Positions 11,261 through 24,517 of a stretch of DNA of 64,000 bases are shown here, piece by piece. Made by a program: the position numbers and the translations under genes. This stretch comes from Trichoplax sp. H2. Lineage: Eukaryota. The notes under the pieces were generated by a model. That model was given only the letters and a program-made list of their open reading frames with translations. It ran no database searches and was not told the origin of the DNA. The stretch is from positions 62,001 through 126,000 of the forward strand of contig NOWV01000157.1 of NCBI GenBank assembly GCA_003344405.1, read 5' to 3'. The stretch's first letter is position 1. Each line of letters begins with the position of its first letter.

Positions 11261-14200
11261 TTCGACTGTATATTATCAGGTAATCTAGCTGACGACCGTA
11301 AAATTTTTCTTCTATCAAATTTCGTTTATATTTAATCTCGGTCGAAAAGGATTAACAAAGTCTGCATCTGTATTCGCATACAAATAGACACTTACACTTT
11401 TCTGAACTTAAATCATCTTATTTATTAAAAATTAACCCGGATCTTAATTACATTTGTATTTATCAATGTCGTCATCATTTGAACCGTTAGAAATAAAATT
11501 AATTTGGCTTATAAACATCTACTGTAGCAAATATAGTTTGCAATAAAATGATTGCGAAGGAAATTGCACTCACATAGATGAAGTTTAAAAAAGCAAAATT
11601 ATTATCAATAATAAGAATTAAAAATTGATAATAAATCAGTCCATTGAATTATTATTAATATTATCAATTTGTTGATATAGCAATGTATTTTCTTTTCCGT
11701 TGAAAGAGAATATTGAAAAATAGTTTAAATCATAATAATATTATTTCAATGCCAAATGATAAACATACAAGACTTAGACGATAATTACACGACTGCATAA
11801 GCTAAAATAGTTTGCTTTTCATTATTTGAACAGATGAATGGATGGAAATTGGTGATAGTAACCTAGTATTAGTCGTAAATATCGATAAAGATGACTTAGA
11901 AATGATCATTTTGGAATCAAGAGAATATTTAATTTTATCGTGGTTATGATTAATTTGAAATGCGAATAAAAGAGAAAAGTCCATATCGTTTGGCATCATG
12001 TCCTGTATAAATTAAATCGATTCCCATCATTGATTGTTTAGTAATTACTGATATTTACTGTATTAAATTGGCCAGTCAATGTGCGTATTACAAATGATGT
12101 GAGGATATAATCTAAGGGGAAATAACATCTGCTATGGTTGGCAATAATAGAAATGAAATCATTCCATTACAAATGTACATATCGATCAGGCATCATCATG
12201 TATTCAAATTAACTTTCTTGCGATAGAAAGTACGAAAGTAATTTGTAATAAATTATGGATATTAGATTTTTTTCAACAATTTTTTAAGTAGTTTCATGTC
12301 TGCTTGGTACATTTAAAGTACATAAAATAATTTCCTGCTAAAGTCTGAATTTTGATATGAAAAACAATCTGGTTGTACAATATTTATAGCTCGTAAGTTT
12401 GTATCCTAGCATTCCATCTCAATATCATCTCCAGCGTAACTATTTACATATCGATAATCTTATTTTATGACAATTTATCGCTTTATTGACCAAATTTGTG
12501 ACTGTCATTGCGTTGAATACAGTATATTTTAGAATGACAGATAGACCATGACATCGTAGGTATTTTATATAAATTTAATACATTTATTTTAACCGGAAAA
12601 TGTAAGGTACGGTACTTTATACTTTGCTTGTTTTTGAATAAGGAGATACTGTATAAATAAAAATGATAATTCTGACAACTGCATTGTAGCTACCAAATTG
12701 ACGTATATTTTAAGCACAATGATTGTAACAAAGTAAATTTTAAATTAACGGTGATTTCATGTATTAACATTTTTATGGCTAATTAGTAGCAAAGTCAATA
12801 TAAAACTACGTATCCTCTATTGGCTGGCGATATTCATAACTAAGATTAAATTCCAGATAGAAGGATGATCACTTATGTACTGTTTTTCTAGTTATTATTC
12901 GTTCAATTACTTCGACGAATATAATTTTCCGATATCATCTCGATGAAAGTGTCGTTGTTAAGTATACACAACTTGTTCTAAGATCTAGGATTTTAAATGT
13001 TACATATTATACGAGAATTATCATTTTGCAGATCAATTTAATTGAACTCCATAGAGTTCAAGATAGGCCAATTTTCATCCATACTGTGAAATTTCAATTA
13101 TAACAATGTGATTTACAATTAAAGTCGTATGAATTCATTTACTTAATAGCGTAATAATCAATTCTATAGGTTTAAGAATAAACACATTAGAATTGCTAGA
13201 TTTTCTACTCTTTAAATTTTTAATGACATAAATTGTATCTATTAAGATTGAACAACTGTAGTCGCCATAATAATTCGTATGCAGGGCTTATAATTAATGT
13301 TTACTTCATGTAGCCTCCATAAGAAATATTATTCATTTTAATAGTAATGATGGAAATTCTTCCAATCGAATGCATGTCTTTCAATATCGTACTAGTTGTA
13401 ATTATCAGATTTGTAATTTGATTAGATCTTAATCAAATAAGGAATAACTTTACTATTATATGCCTTAGAACAGTCATATATAGTAATTCAAAGGCAAGCA
13501 AATATTATAGACGACGAAAGTATGTTTTTTTGCAATATATTTTCTGCTAGCTATTAAAGGAATAGAATTTCGAATTCTTTGAAAATTTTTATGATTATCT
13601 TAATATTAGTAATTATAAGTAAATTTGACTATTTGGCTTACCACGACAGGCTGTTGCAAAGTAGCATCATGAATGTGATTGGTTACATGAATTTTATCTT
13701 TCTACTTTAAAATTGACAAGCTGGATCGGATTTTAATGTAGGAACAATCAAAGATGTTATTATGTATTGATTTCATTTCTCTGTATAAATCTTATTTTTC
13801 TTGGAAATCATTTCACAACAAGAAAGAACGTCAAGAAATGTACAATAATTGTAACTAATATATAAATGTTAAAATATCAATAGTGAGAGGACCATAGTTT
13901 TGAGTTTCATTCATGAACAATAATGGAACCTACGGCCAAGTTGGAAAAATATTTATACCCCAATCCATAAATCTAAATCTATGAGCATTTATGCTAAAAT
14001 TATAGCGCTGTATTTCTGCTTGATATTTAAAATATAAGTAATGGTTTCACTTATGATAAGGTAATTGCTATTTATTTTTCATGAATTAGAAATCACAGGC
14101 GATATTGCAATTTTATTTTTTTAATTAATTCTTACAATTTGTATCTAATCGGAATTATAGGATAAAATCTATTGTACTTTGATCGATAGAAATAGATTCA

Positions 14201-14276
14201 TTAATAAATAGATAGTGATGCTTAATTGGGAATAAAATAAGCTAAAAATTCTTCCAAGTATTGTTTTATCGACTTA

Positions 14277-14306
14277 CTTGACGTCAAGACTACGTGACGT
14301 GCACGT
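14277..14306. promoter_or_regulatory. Cluster of a CRE palindrome and ACGTG (HRE/E-box-like) sites
   Basis: CTTGACGTCAAG (14277-14288), TACGTG (14291-14296) and palindrome ACGTGCACGT (14297-14306) in CpG-poor surroundings. Confidence 0.45.
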
Positions 14307-17300
14307 TTTGTAAATTAGTTGATTATGAAAGAAAAAGAGGGAGGAGAGAGAACAGAGTTTTAAAATCAAGATAATAGACAACTGCAGCTGCATATGAAAT
14401 AAAATTTCCACTTATGTTTCATGCTCATTGAATATACTGCGCAATGCTATTCTATCCTATTCTATAGAAAGGAAGTTGGGGTTATTGTTATGGCTTTCAT
14501 CTCGAGGGGTGATCCTACAGGGCAATTTGCCAGTGTATTTATTCGCATTTGTAAGAACGTTACTCGCAAAGAAGTAATTAGGTATCATCTGACAACATCG
14601 GATATGCTTGTCGATTATTCTATCTTATACAAGTTTAAATTGGAGAATCTCACAGTTGTCAGTTAACTAGAATATCAACTGCATCATTGAAATCATTTCC
14701 TTTACGTCGATCAGCGATTATCGTTATTGGCTTTCTGTCAGGCTGATTTCATTACCGCTAGTTAAATATCGACTACATCATTATCATCGGTATCATTTCA
14801 CTGCCATTCAGATACTAATACTTGGTTTATTATATCGAATAAAACTGCATAAAACAACTCCCATTTTGCATTAAATGTAACTTTTTTGGCGTATAGCATT
14901 CCAGTATTTACTTCCAACTTAGACTTGCTATCAGGTATGTGCTAGCATAGAATTTATCAATTATAGTCTATAAGTATATCAATTAATATAATTGCTTTAA
15001 ATAAATGATCTTTTATCACTTATTAGAGCTTATCTCCATTCCATCCTTTTATTTTTTGTACCCATCTTTCACATTTTTAAGTTCAAATCAACAAGATAAC
15101 TTCATTTCCCCTTTCTCGATTTTTTTACGATATTGGCAGAGGTAAATAGTTAAGTATTGTGCATTTATAAATATTCTATTTCTGACTTATTATCGGTACC
15201 CAAAATACACTGCGTTTAGATAATGGCAATTTACCTGTATTTCAATGATAACATCCTGAAAATATCGATAAGAGAGGCAATATTCTCAAATATTGCCACT
15301 TATAAATCTGGTTGAATATTGTTATTGGCCTCACAATTTAAGACCATAAAAGTGATTTGGCCTTATTCTAAACTAGTGTCCATTAAATACGCGTATAGTA
15401 TTTTCTCTCATTTAAATGACCAACCTCTGACAAGCAAAAGCTATTGACATTCAATTAAGATAATTAAAAAGTATTTCCTCATTTACAGGCGATTGTTGTA
15501 TTCTTGCGGACTATAGGCGGTTTCATGATGAAAGTAGGATAATTCTATTTCCCTTGTACAACAAAAAATTGTATTACTAATAGATAAAATTATTAAGCGG
15601 AAAACTTTATAAAATTTGAAGAAGTTGCTATCCGAATCGTTCAAAAATCTTGACTGCAGTTTTACAGGTATCTCGATCAAATGAAATAGATACGATAGTA
15701 TTAGTGTACAAATTTTGGGTATAATTAACTCCTACTGAAATTGATGTACATAATAAGAACATGATGGGCTATATTCCAATATAGGAAATTTATTTTTGAT
15801 TACCTTAGAGGAATTACAGAATTATTTTGTTTACTAACTTGACTACTAACATGGTTGAATTAAATCTTTGTATACGTTAACGGAGACGGTGGTCTAAATT
15901 ATTATATCTAACAAGCCGGAGTATCTTTACAATCATCGCGATAGATCATAATAGCAATTAAAAGTAATGGGATATAGGGAGATTCATTTAAATGGCCTTC
16001 TAATTCCTTATTCCTTTCATTCACTATAAATATATACAGGAAGAGCATTTTAACCATCACTGAAGCAATGATTAGACAGTATTGTCTGTAAATTGCATAT
16101 TATGTATAAGATAAATGATATTCCGGGTAATTTCTCGTTCCTTCTATTTACCACATATATAGAATGGGCGTATGTCTATCAATTAAAGTAAAAAAAGCTG
16201 ATCATGTCTGTAAATTATATCTTTTACATAAAGCTTATCACATATTTAACTGGATCGCAACCAATTCAAGCAATTCTTTCAAGTTAACTATCTTATTCTA
16301 TATAATTTAAATGCTAAGCTATTTCGCACCATTGTAGGTTCTTCATTTAGTTCAGTACCTATTTTCTAAAATTTAGGAAGATATAGAATAAAGTAACTAC
16401 AGAAAGACTATCTAAAACGGATTATTTAATGTTAGAGAGTGACACAATAAGGGGAAGTACGCAGATTTTTATCTTATCTCATCCTGAGCTTTCAACTGGT
16501 GAAAGAACTACTTAAATTGAGGATGTCTCTTTGGACTAAATGATTCGATGAAATTTTCATTGAAAAATACAGATCATAGCTACATAATACAATCTATCGA
16601 TTGATGTAAATAGCATAGAGCCAATTCTTTCAATAATTATTGGCTGCATCGATTGCTACTTTAATATCATAGTCGCAGAAATATTAAACTTAAAGTACAG
16701 CTTCAGTAAGAAAAGCATTTTAGTTCCTAAATATCACCTAAAGCATTTACTCTTACTCTTTACAATACTTTTTACGGGCAATAATGCCAGTTTTATTCTA
16801 GAATGCATGCTTATTAAAGGAAGAACTATTGTTTGTTTCTACCATTTATAGTATATTTATCAGAGAGAGTATCATTACTGTATTGCTGGGTATTTGATAT
16901 TGTAAGATGAATTATATTTTAATTACAAAGCCATTACAGAATCTATGCTGGCTTGTTTTTTAAGCTATGTTTCAATATTTGGTCATAATATCATCGCATA
17001 CAGATATGACTGATATATGTAAGTTGTAACGATACTGTTATTTATCTCATTTAATTCATCAACACTTAATAACAATTGTATCAAAGAATAATAACTTAAA
17101 ATCATTTAATGATATTATTTTTACGAGTGCTAGTAAAGCTTTCTGTCATCACGGTAGGCTATAAAACTGAGAGATACTATTTTCAATCATCAATACTCAT
17201 TCTATTCCTACAGCAGATGTAATTCAAACAATCGATCAGCAGAATAAATGTAGAGGGTAAGAAAAATGTTCAAGATTATCATTATAACAAATCAATCTAG

Positions 17301-20300
17301 TAACTAATGCTTGACAAATAAAAATCATATATTTTTACAGATTCAGTAGAGCTCTAGGGAATAATAGACATCCTTCTTTTGGAAAAAGAAGACAGCCTGT
17401 CGTCTTCATACAGAGCTGCTATTACTATTAGTGATAGCAATCTGAAGTTACGTCCATTTTCAACATAATATTGACATAGATAGGTAAACATCATCAGATA
17501 AGCAATTTTCTTAGTTTTGACATGAACTTTGAGATTTTAGAGATTCTAGAGGTCTATGAGTTTTGATAAGGAAAAAAGGTAAACAATGAATGGATAGATA
17601 AGATTCTATTTATCTTTAAAGAAATATTTTTCTAAGTTATCACATGAGCTAAAAGACGAATGAAAGAACAATAGGTAAAAGATAAAGATTCGGGTCATAA
17701 TAAATAAGATTATGATTTTAAGTTATTTTGTTGATCATGAGATCACTGGAAAGATGAATTTATTTTAAAAAACTATTAAGAAGATTAGAAGTCCTCAGTT
17801 ATCTGACTAGATAAAAGGGAGTGAAAGAATTTCTGGCGGGAATAGGATTGATTCTATCGTTAAGAAGATTTCTATAATTTCTTGTTAGGTCAGTAATATC
17901 TTAAAAATAAGCGATGAAAAGACAGGATATACTTTTTTATTTAGTTGATTGTACTTTAAGCGAAGTAATGAAAAGTATTTTTATAGATAAACCTATATTA
18001 ACTAGCCCTTAAAAGCACTATAAAATTTCACGCATTTCTCTTCTAATTTTCAATTACTTCGATTCTGGAATAGTCCAAAGAGCATAATATTTCCTATGAA
18101 AAATCACCACATAGACTAAAGATTACCGCATAAAAGTTATTTTTAATAATTCTAGAAATAATAATAATTGTTGATCAGATTTAATCGTTGCCAAAGCATT
18201 CAATGGCTATCGATCAGTAAGAATCTATCAAATTTGATTATGTTAGCAATGTACGTATTCTAAATATCAAGATTTCAGTTTAGTTAAGGTAAATCTTTCT
18301 TATCTATATGGCTACAGTAAGGGTATCATAAGAGATAGTCTAGTTTTACCTAAACTTTTCTCTTATAGAAAATGCTCGCATTTGCCTGAATTCAACCGGA
18401 TATTAAAAACTTCTTAACCGTTAAGTTGCCCATAAGCCGATTAGTCTTCCCATCGATCGTTATATTGCATAATTAAGCACATAGTAATAATGATTAAAAT
18501 CATGCGGCAATATCCTGTACTAAATTATTTTCATCTATCTATAACACCTTAAAATTTTGAAATGATTTTTAAGTTATGTAAATGAGTATGATCTCATATC
18601 AAATGCGAAATACATTTTTTTTTTTACATTTAAAATTCAATTTTTCACCTATGCTATAATCAAATGTCTTAATTCAATATTATTCCGATTGTCTAATCCA
18701 AGCAAGTCCAAATAAAGCTGTATACTTAAGAAACAAAGACAAAAATAATATCATAAATACTTTGTCTTTCATATCATCCATTCTTAAATCCATATTGCAA
18801 TTTGATTTCTACTTCTGAATAAGTGAAAAGAAATTATATCAATACTGATCTTGTAATGATTTTCAATACAGATCGATATTTGATCACCTAGCTATAAAAA
18901 AAATAGCTTTAGAAACCTTTCATCATGCAATCTAAATGGAAATTGATAAATATACGACAATATATTGGACTGTATAGACACTATAATTCCGTACTTAGCA
19001 GTAGTATGGATTATAAGACCGCGCTTATAAACTCTTAGTAAATTATTAATACCTGAATAAGACGAGTCGAAATCAAAATTTGATGATAGCGTTGGTTGAA
19101 AATTTCATAATCTGAATCAATTTTGGGTTGTTAACTACTTTTTAATAGCTTAATGACGGTTTCGGTTACGAACGACGGTTTGCTGAGTAATGCAATTTAA
19201 CATTTGTATGATCTATCAGAGCCAAACAATTAATAAATCATTTTATCTTACACTAGAGAAGCTCGAATAACGATATTACCGTTATCAATATTTTTAAATC
19301 CATTAAATAAGCTTAACCATAAATCAATAATTTTATAATGCTTTGATTACTTTTCAATAATATGTATGCCCTAGTCAGTAATTCTATATTTTTTTACCTA
19401 AACATCACTAGTGTAATTCTAAATTGCTTTTAAACTACTCTACCCATCGTAACTATTTAATAGTAGTTATGATTTATATGGCTGATTACTAGTCATGCAA
19501 TAGGAATACGTGCATACATTCCATTATATTCTCAAGTTTTGATTTATTAAGACAATGCAAACGGACAATAATCTGATTCTCTGTTAGAAATTATGAAGAA
19601 AAAAGTTATTCTACCCCGCAATGACATTCATCAGCTTTTTTGAGTATTTCTTAATCTACATTTGGATAGTGTAGATCTATATACGTATATACCACAGTAA
19701 GAAGGCTTACTCTTCCGGAAAAACGATATTTTATAACAATTAAAGGTTATTCTTTGTTGGTTTGTAAATCGATATATCAATCACTTTTGTTGTCAAAATT
19801 TCTTTTGATAGATGACTTGATTTCCGTTAGGAAAATGAAAATAAGATGATCTAGAATTGGTCGTGTTATTACATAGTAGTAGTATTGAATATATATTCTG
19901 ACGTACAACTAGTAAATAGAATTCCTGAATATAGACAAATTTCAATTTAAACCAATAGAAATCAAAACTGAATAATTTTAACTGGATCCAGAATGAACGA
20001 TCCGTAAATTGATTTTTTTTAAATTAATTAAAAGAATAGATGTTATATTATAGTGGGCTAATTTTTGCAAAATTTAGAAATAGAATACAATCTATACAGT
20101 ACAAGCAGATGCATTTAAAATTAATAAAAGGATCGAATGTTTAAATTCCAATAACTGTCAGGTGGATTGGCCACAGAGTACGTGGAAATAGACACATTGC
20201 GCAATCAAACAATCGTGTATCGACATATATTCAATGACTTTATTTATGTTGATAGCATCGAATTTAATCAGCTTCAATACGAGTATTAAATTTGAGATTT

Positions 20301-23300
20301 AGTTGATACGCTGTATAGTGCAATCACTAGATTATCCCAAACTGGTCACTTCATGTAGCAATAGATGTAATTAGATCGAGAATTTTCGTTACAATATTTA
20401 ATTTGTCGCGATTTATCGCTATCTTACATATTTCAGTGTAGTTATTAATTAATACTAATGTGGTTGCTATTTCTTAATTGAGTATAAAAATATCAATTTC
20501 ATTCCATGGTAATTAATAATACCCTGATAATTACTTAATTCTGATACATTGATGCGCACAAAATTTTAGCTTTTTTATGAGAGATCATTTTGCATCGCTA
20601 TAAACATATAGAACATTCGTAAAACATTTTGGTTGTTAGAGTAGAATTCTTAGGTATTATAATGATAAAAATTTTATACCGATTGACTATTAATTAAGCT
20701 CCCATTTAACATTTTAAAATTCAGTAGAGTACAATAGCTAAAGTAGACGGTCTTAATTGTTCCACATACTAATTACTGCAACTTTGTCTGACGGAAGAGC
20801 GCCTTCTTTAAAAGAGAGTAAATACCGCTAGTAAGTATAGATTATATTATATCTGTTCTCCGCGGTAAAAAAGTAGAGTTCACTGACTAAGCATTTGTGA
20901 AAGTAAGCACTATTTTATCATATCGTATTACTTTGGTGGCTGAGTAATGAAATGAAAGACAGTTTTAACTTCAGTGCATAGCAAATCATACGGCAATAAT
21001 GAAAAACTTATTGCACGTATTCCATAATACATTCCGTGTTCCCAATCAAAAAGATTCATCGTTACAATAAGTTCAAGCCTTTCGCCTCTTAACAGCTATT
21101 CCGATATCAAATTAATCACAAATTACTCTAAAAAGGTAAAGCATTCAATTCAAAAGTATATTAAATCTAGTTATCGATAAAATACACAAGATACGAAGTG
21201 GAAATGGGCCTTAGGCTACCTATTTACTCTATGAAGCAGTCACTTAAAAAGTAACTTGGATCTAGCTGTCTAGTTCATATGATAGACACGAAGTAAAAAT
21301 ATAGCTATCGCTTTGCGCCCTATACTGTTGTTAATAACTATAAATTTATATTATATTATTAAAGATGTTGATTAATCTTGGATGTCACGTATTACTCTCG
21401 CCTATACTGACATATGCAACAGCCAAAATAAGAACTTTAACATAAATCTATCAATAATTGAAAGTGTTACTTAAACTATCGCATTCCTTTCGTGCCTTAT
21501 GTTTCCATCAAAATATTCGAGGTGTCAAAGAGCTACACCTGGGCTATTCAAATCTGCGGCTATTTGAAGTACACACCTCTATCCTTTTCAATACTAGAAC
21601 TATGTACTATATTGATTGTATCAAATTACATATAATCGATCAAATAATAAAACTTTATAAATACATCTGCATTGAAAACGTAATTATTACAATGTATAAA
21701 ATTAAAATGACAGCGTATGAGTAGTATACATAAAAGGATAATTTATCATCAATAGCTAAAGGTTTATATGATCCCTACTCTAATATTGAACGATTTACGA
21801 AAGTGAACACTTTATTGCAATTGTAAACAACAAAATTTGTTCTACATTCGACCTCAGAATATCAGTGAGGAAATAGTTACCACTGTTTTCGTAATCACGA
21901 CATTCAATAAAAATAAGATATTAAGCTAGCGCAATCTAGACCATCAAAATATGTAAACAATGGTGAATAGATAAAATGACGTAAATCAGATTACAAATGA
22001 ATGCTATGCGTAGACATACCTATGAAATAAAGTTTAGTCTTGTCATTACTGACCGAAACCTGATATTTTGTAACCTATTTCATATCTTATGAACGTATCC
22101 ATATTTCATTGGGTTTGAGATAAATTTACAATTTATAAATATAATTTCCGTAACTGATTAAAAGGTGATAAAGGTAAAACCCTTTACTGACCTATGCATT
22201 TAGTTGCTATCTGGTCATATGAGAATCTATCGCTTTAGATATTTATGTAAGATCGATAGTTCGTTGTAAGAGTTTTCACGGAGCCAAATACCATTTCTGC
22301 GATATGTTACACCGATTGCTTTCGATCTATCATGGTTAAGTTTTCAACGACTTGAAAATCATTCAATTATAATTATGAAGGATTCATTTTCAATCACTAT
22401 TGTGATGATTTCGTGCTTTATATTTTATGATGCAATTGAATTGTATTCAGTAGGACTATTTTATATCGAATGCATCTGATGTCAATCCCCTGGTCTATCA
22501 AGAATAAAATTTAAATCTTTAATAGGTGTGGTAATACAATTTTAAAGTTTTCCTGAAAATCTCAATAATCACGTTTGTATCTCAAATTGTAAATATTAAA
22601 ATAGCGCACTGAATTATTGGTAAAATTGTGAACAAAAACTGCGATAAGGGTGTCAAATGATAAATATTAAAACAGTAAATAAAATCGAGGTCAAGATCTG
22701 ATGACTTTTATACTATTTGTTTACAGGTTTTGTTCCGATAGCAATTACTGCTTGACTTACGATTGTTATTATCATTTTACACCTCAGTAATTTTTCCATC
22801 AATTTATATTGAAACCAATCAAAGAGTGAGTGACAATGGATCGGGAAAGTAAATGATAATATTAGAATAATTTTAGATAACATGCATTTTAATTAATCCC
22901 ATTCCAGTGATCTATTTCTATGACTTTTTTTTAAACCGTAATTGTGTGCGTCTGAACAAGCTGAATAGTTTATCAAATAATATTTTCCATTACATTTCCT
23001 TTTCGATATAGATGTAAAATTAGGATATATATCAAATGATTGATTAATTCTACTGTCTATCACTTGAATGATACAGTTTTTGCCTTATTTTTTGTCATTG
23101 TCTACACTAAAGTTGAAATCTTGATCGTTCAACCTTAAAAATTTTAAACAGAATTTTCATGGCCGTCTATCTTGTCTATATAAATTGTGTAGTCATCATT
23201 TTAAGTGTACTAATGCTATTGCCTGACTTTGACAAATTTAGAGTATGATATGATTCATTTCATTATTACTTTCATTCTAAATAGAATATTTATGTGTTAA

Positions 23301-23773
23301 TTTGTGTTAATCATTTAGATTGCTGACTCATTTTGCGTGTCGATTTTATTTACTACGGACGGTATCATTTAAACTACTACTTTACCATATCATCATTCTG
23401 AGTATTCTGTAATCTATCAGTTTAACTTTCAATTTTTAGCCGGATGAGTTTTTCATTCAATATTCTTTTACAATCTAAGCTAATGTTATTGTTTTAAATA
23501 AGGATTAAATATCACTCTTCAAGGAAAAGAATACCAAATCCAAATCGATTTTTTTATTCATTCGATATAATAGGACAAGGAGGCGGTGGCTGCCATTTTC
23601 GACATAAATATCCGTGGGCGAAAGCTAAAGTTGGACATTTCAGTTGATAAAAACAAATTGAAAGAGAAAGGGTACTTTATAACTATCATCTTGACCTATA
23701 AACAAAAGCTAGTCAAAACGTATCGACTTAGCTTATTAGTAAAAGATTAAAATTGAATCACAATCTCGCCATC

Positions 23774-24517
23774 ATGTCGATTAAATTTCCCAAATCAACA
23801 TCTTATCATACCAAGATGACATCGCCATGTTGTAATGCAGCCGAATATTGCCTAGTTGTTTTAGGATCAGCCGGTGTAGGCAAAACATCGTTGGTATCAC
23901 GATTTTTTTACGATAAATTGAACGATAACTATCAGCCAACTCTACAAGATAGCCATCGTAAAGAAATTATGGTAAACGATTTTACATTAAAATTGCATGT
24001 TATTGATACCACTGGTAAAAATGAATTCCCAGCAATGCGTAAATGGTCTATAATGCATGGTGATGCATTTGCCTTAGTCTATTCTATTGATGATTTAGCA
24101 TCATTTACAATGCTAGAAGTGATATATCAACAAATTTTGGAGGAAAAAAGCGGTAAAGATTATAAAATTTTAATTGTTGGTAATAAAAGCGATTTGGAAG
24201 TAGATCGACAAGTTGCTCAATCATCAGCTAATTTAACTGCAGCAAATTGGGGTTGCGATCATATGGAAATATCAGCTAAAAATGATCAAAATGTTTACAG
24301 TGTCTTTTTTAATATCTTAACACAGATACCGCTACCGTGTCGTATTTCATTAGAGCATTTAAAGCCATCAACATCATCATTGGATAGTAATACAAGAAGG
24401 AAAAAATTCAATAAAGTTAAATCAGTTACTGTCATGGACAGTACAGCCTCAACACGACGAAATCGTATGATGTCAAATAAGCGTAAAATGATCAGTCAAA
24501 GTTGTATCATATCGTAA
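23774..24517 (+). CDS. Ras-family small GTPase of the RASD (Dexras1/Rhes)/DIRAS group; intronless CDS, 247 aa
   Basis: G1 GSAGVGKT, G2 YQPT, G3 DTTG followed by FPAMR, G4 NKSD, G5 SAK, extended basic tail, CAAX CIIS. First ATG at 23774. Confidence 0.93.
   Translation: MSIKFPKSTSYHTKMTSPCCNAAEYCLVVLGSAGVGKTSLVSRFFYDKLNDNYQPTLQDSHRKEIMVNDFTLKLHVIDTTGKNEFPAMRKWSIMHGDAFALVYSIDDLASFTMLEVIYQQILEEKSGKDYKILIVGNKSDLEVDRQVAQSSANLTAANWGCDHMEISAKNDQNVYSVFFNILTQIPLPCRISLEHLKPSTSSLDSNTRRKKFNKVKSVTVMDSTASTRRNRMMSNKRKMISQSCIIS

Noticed and set aside
11300-23700. Scattered 60-90 aa ORFs in the long gene-free region
   Set aside because: Composition is typical of random AT-rich DNA; no motifs or consistent exon chains were found by eye.
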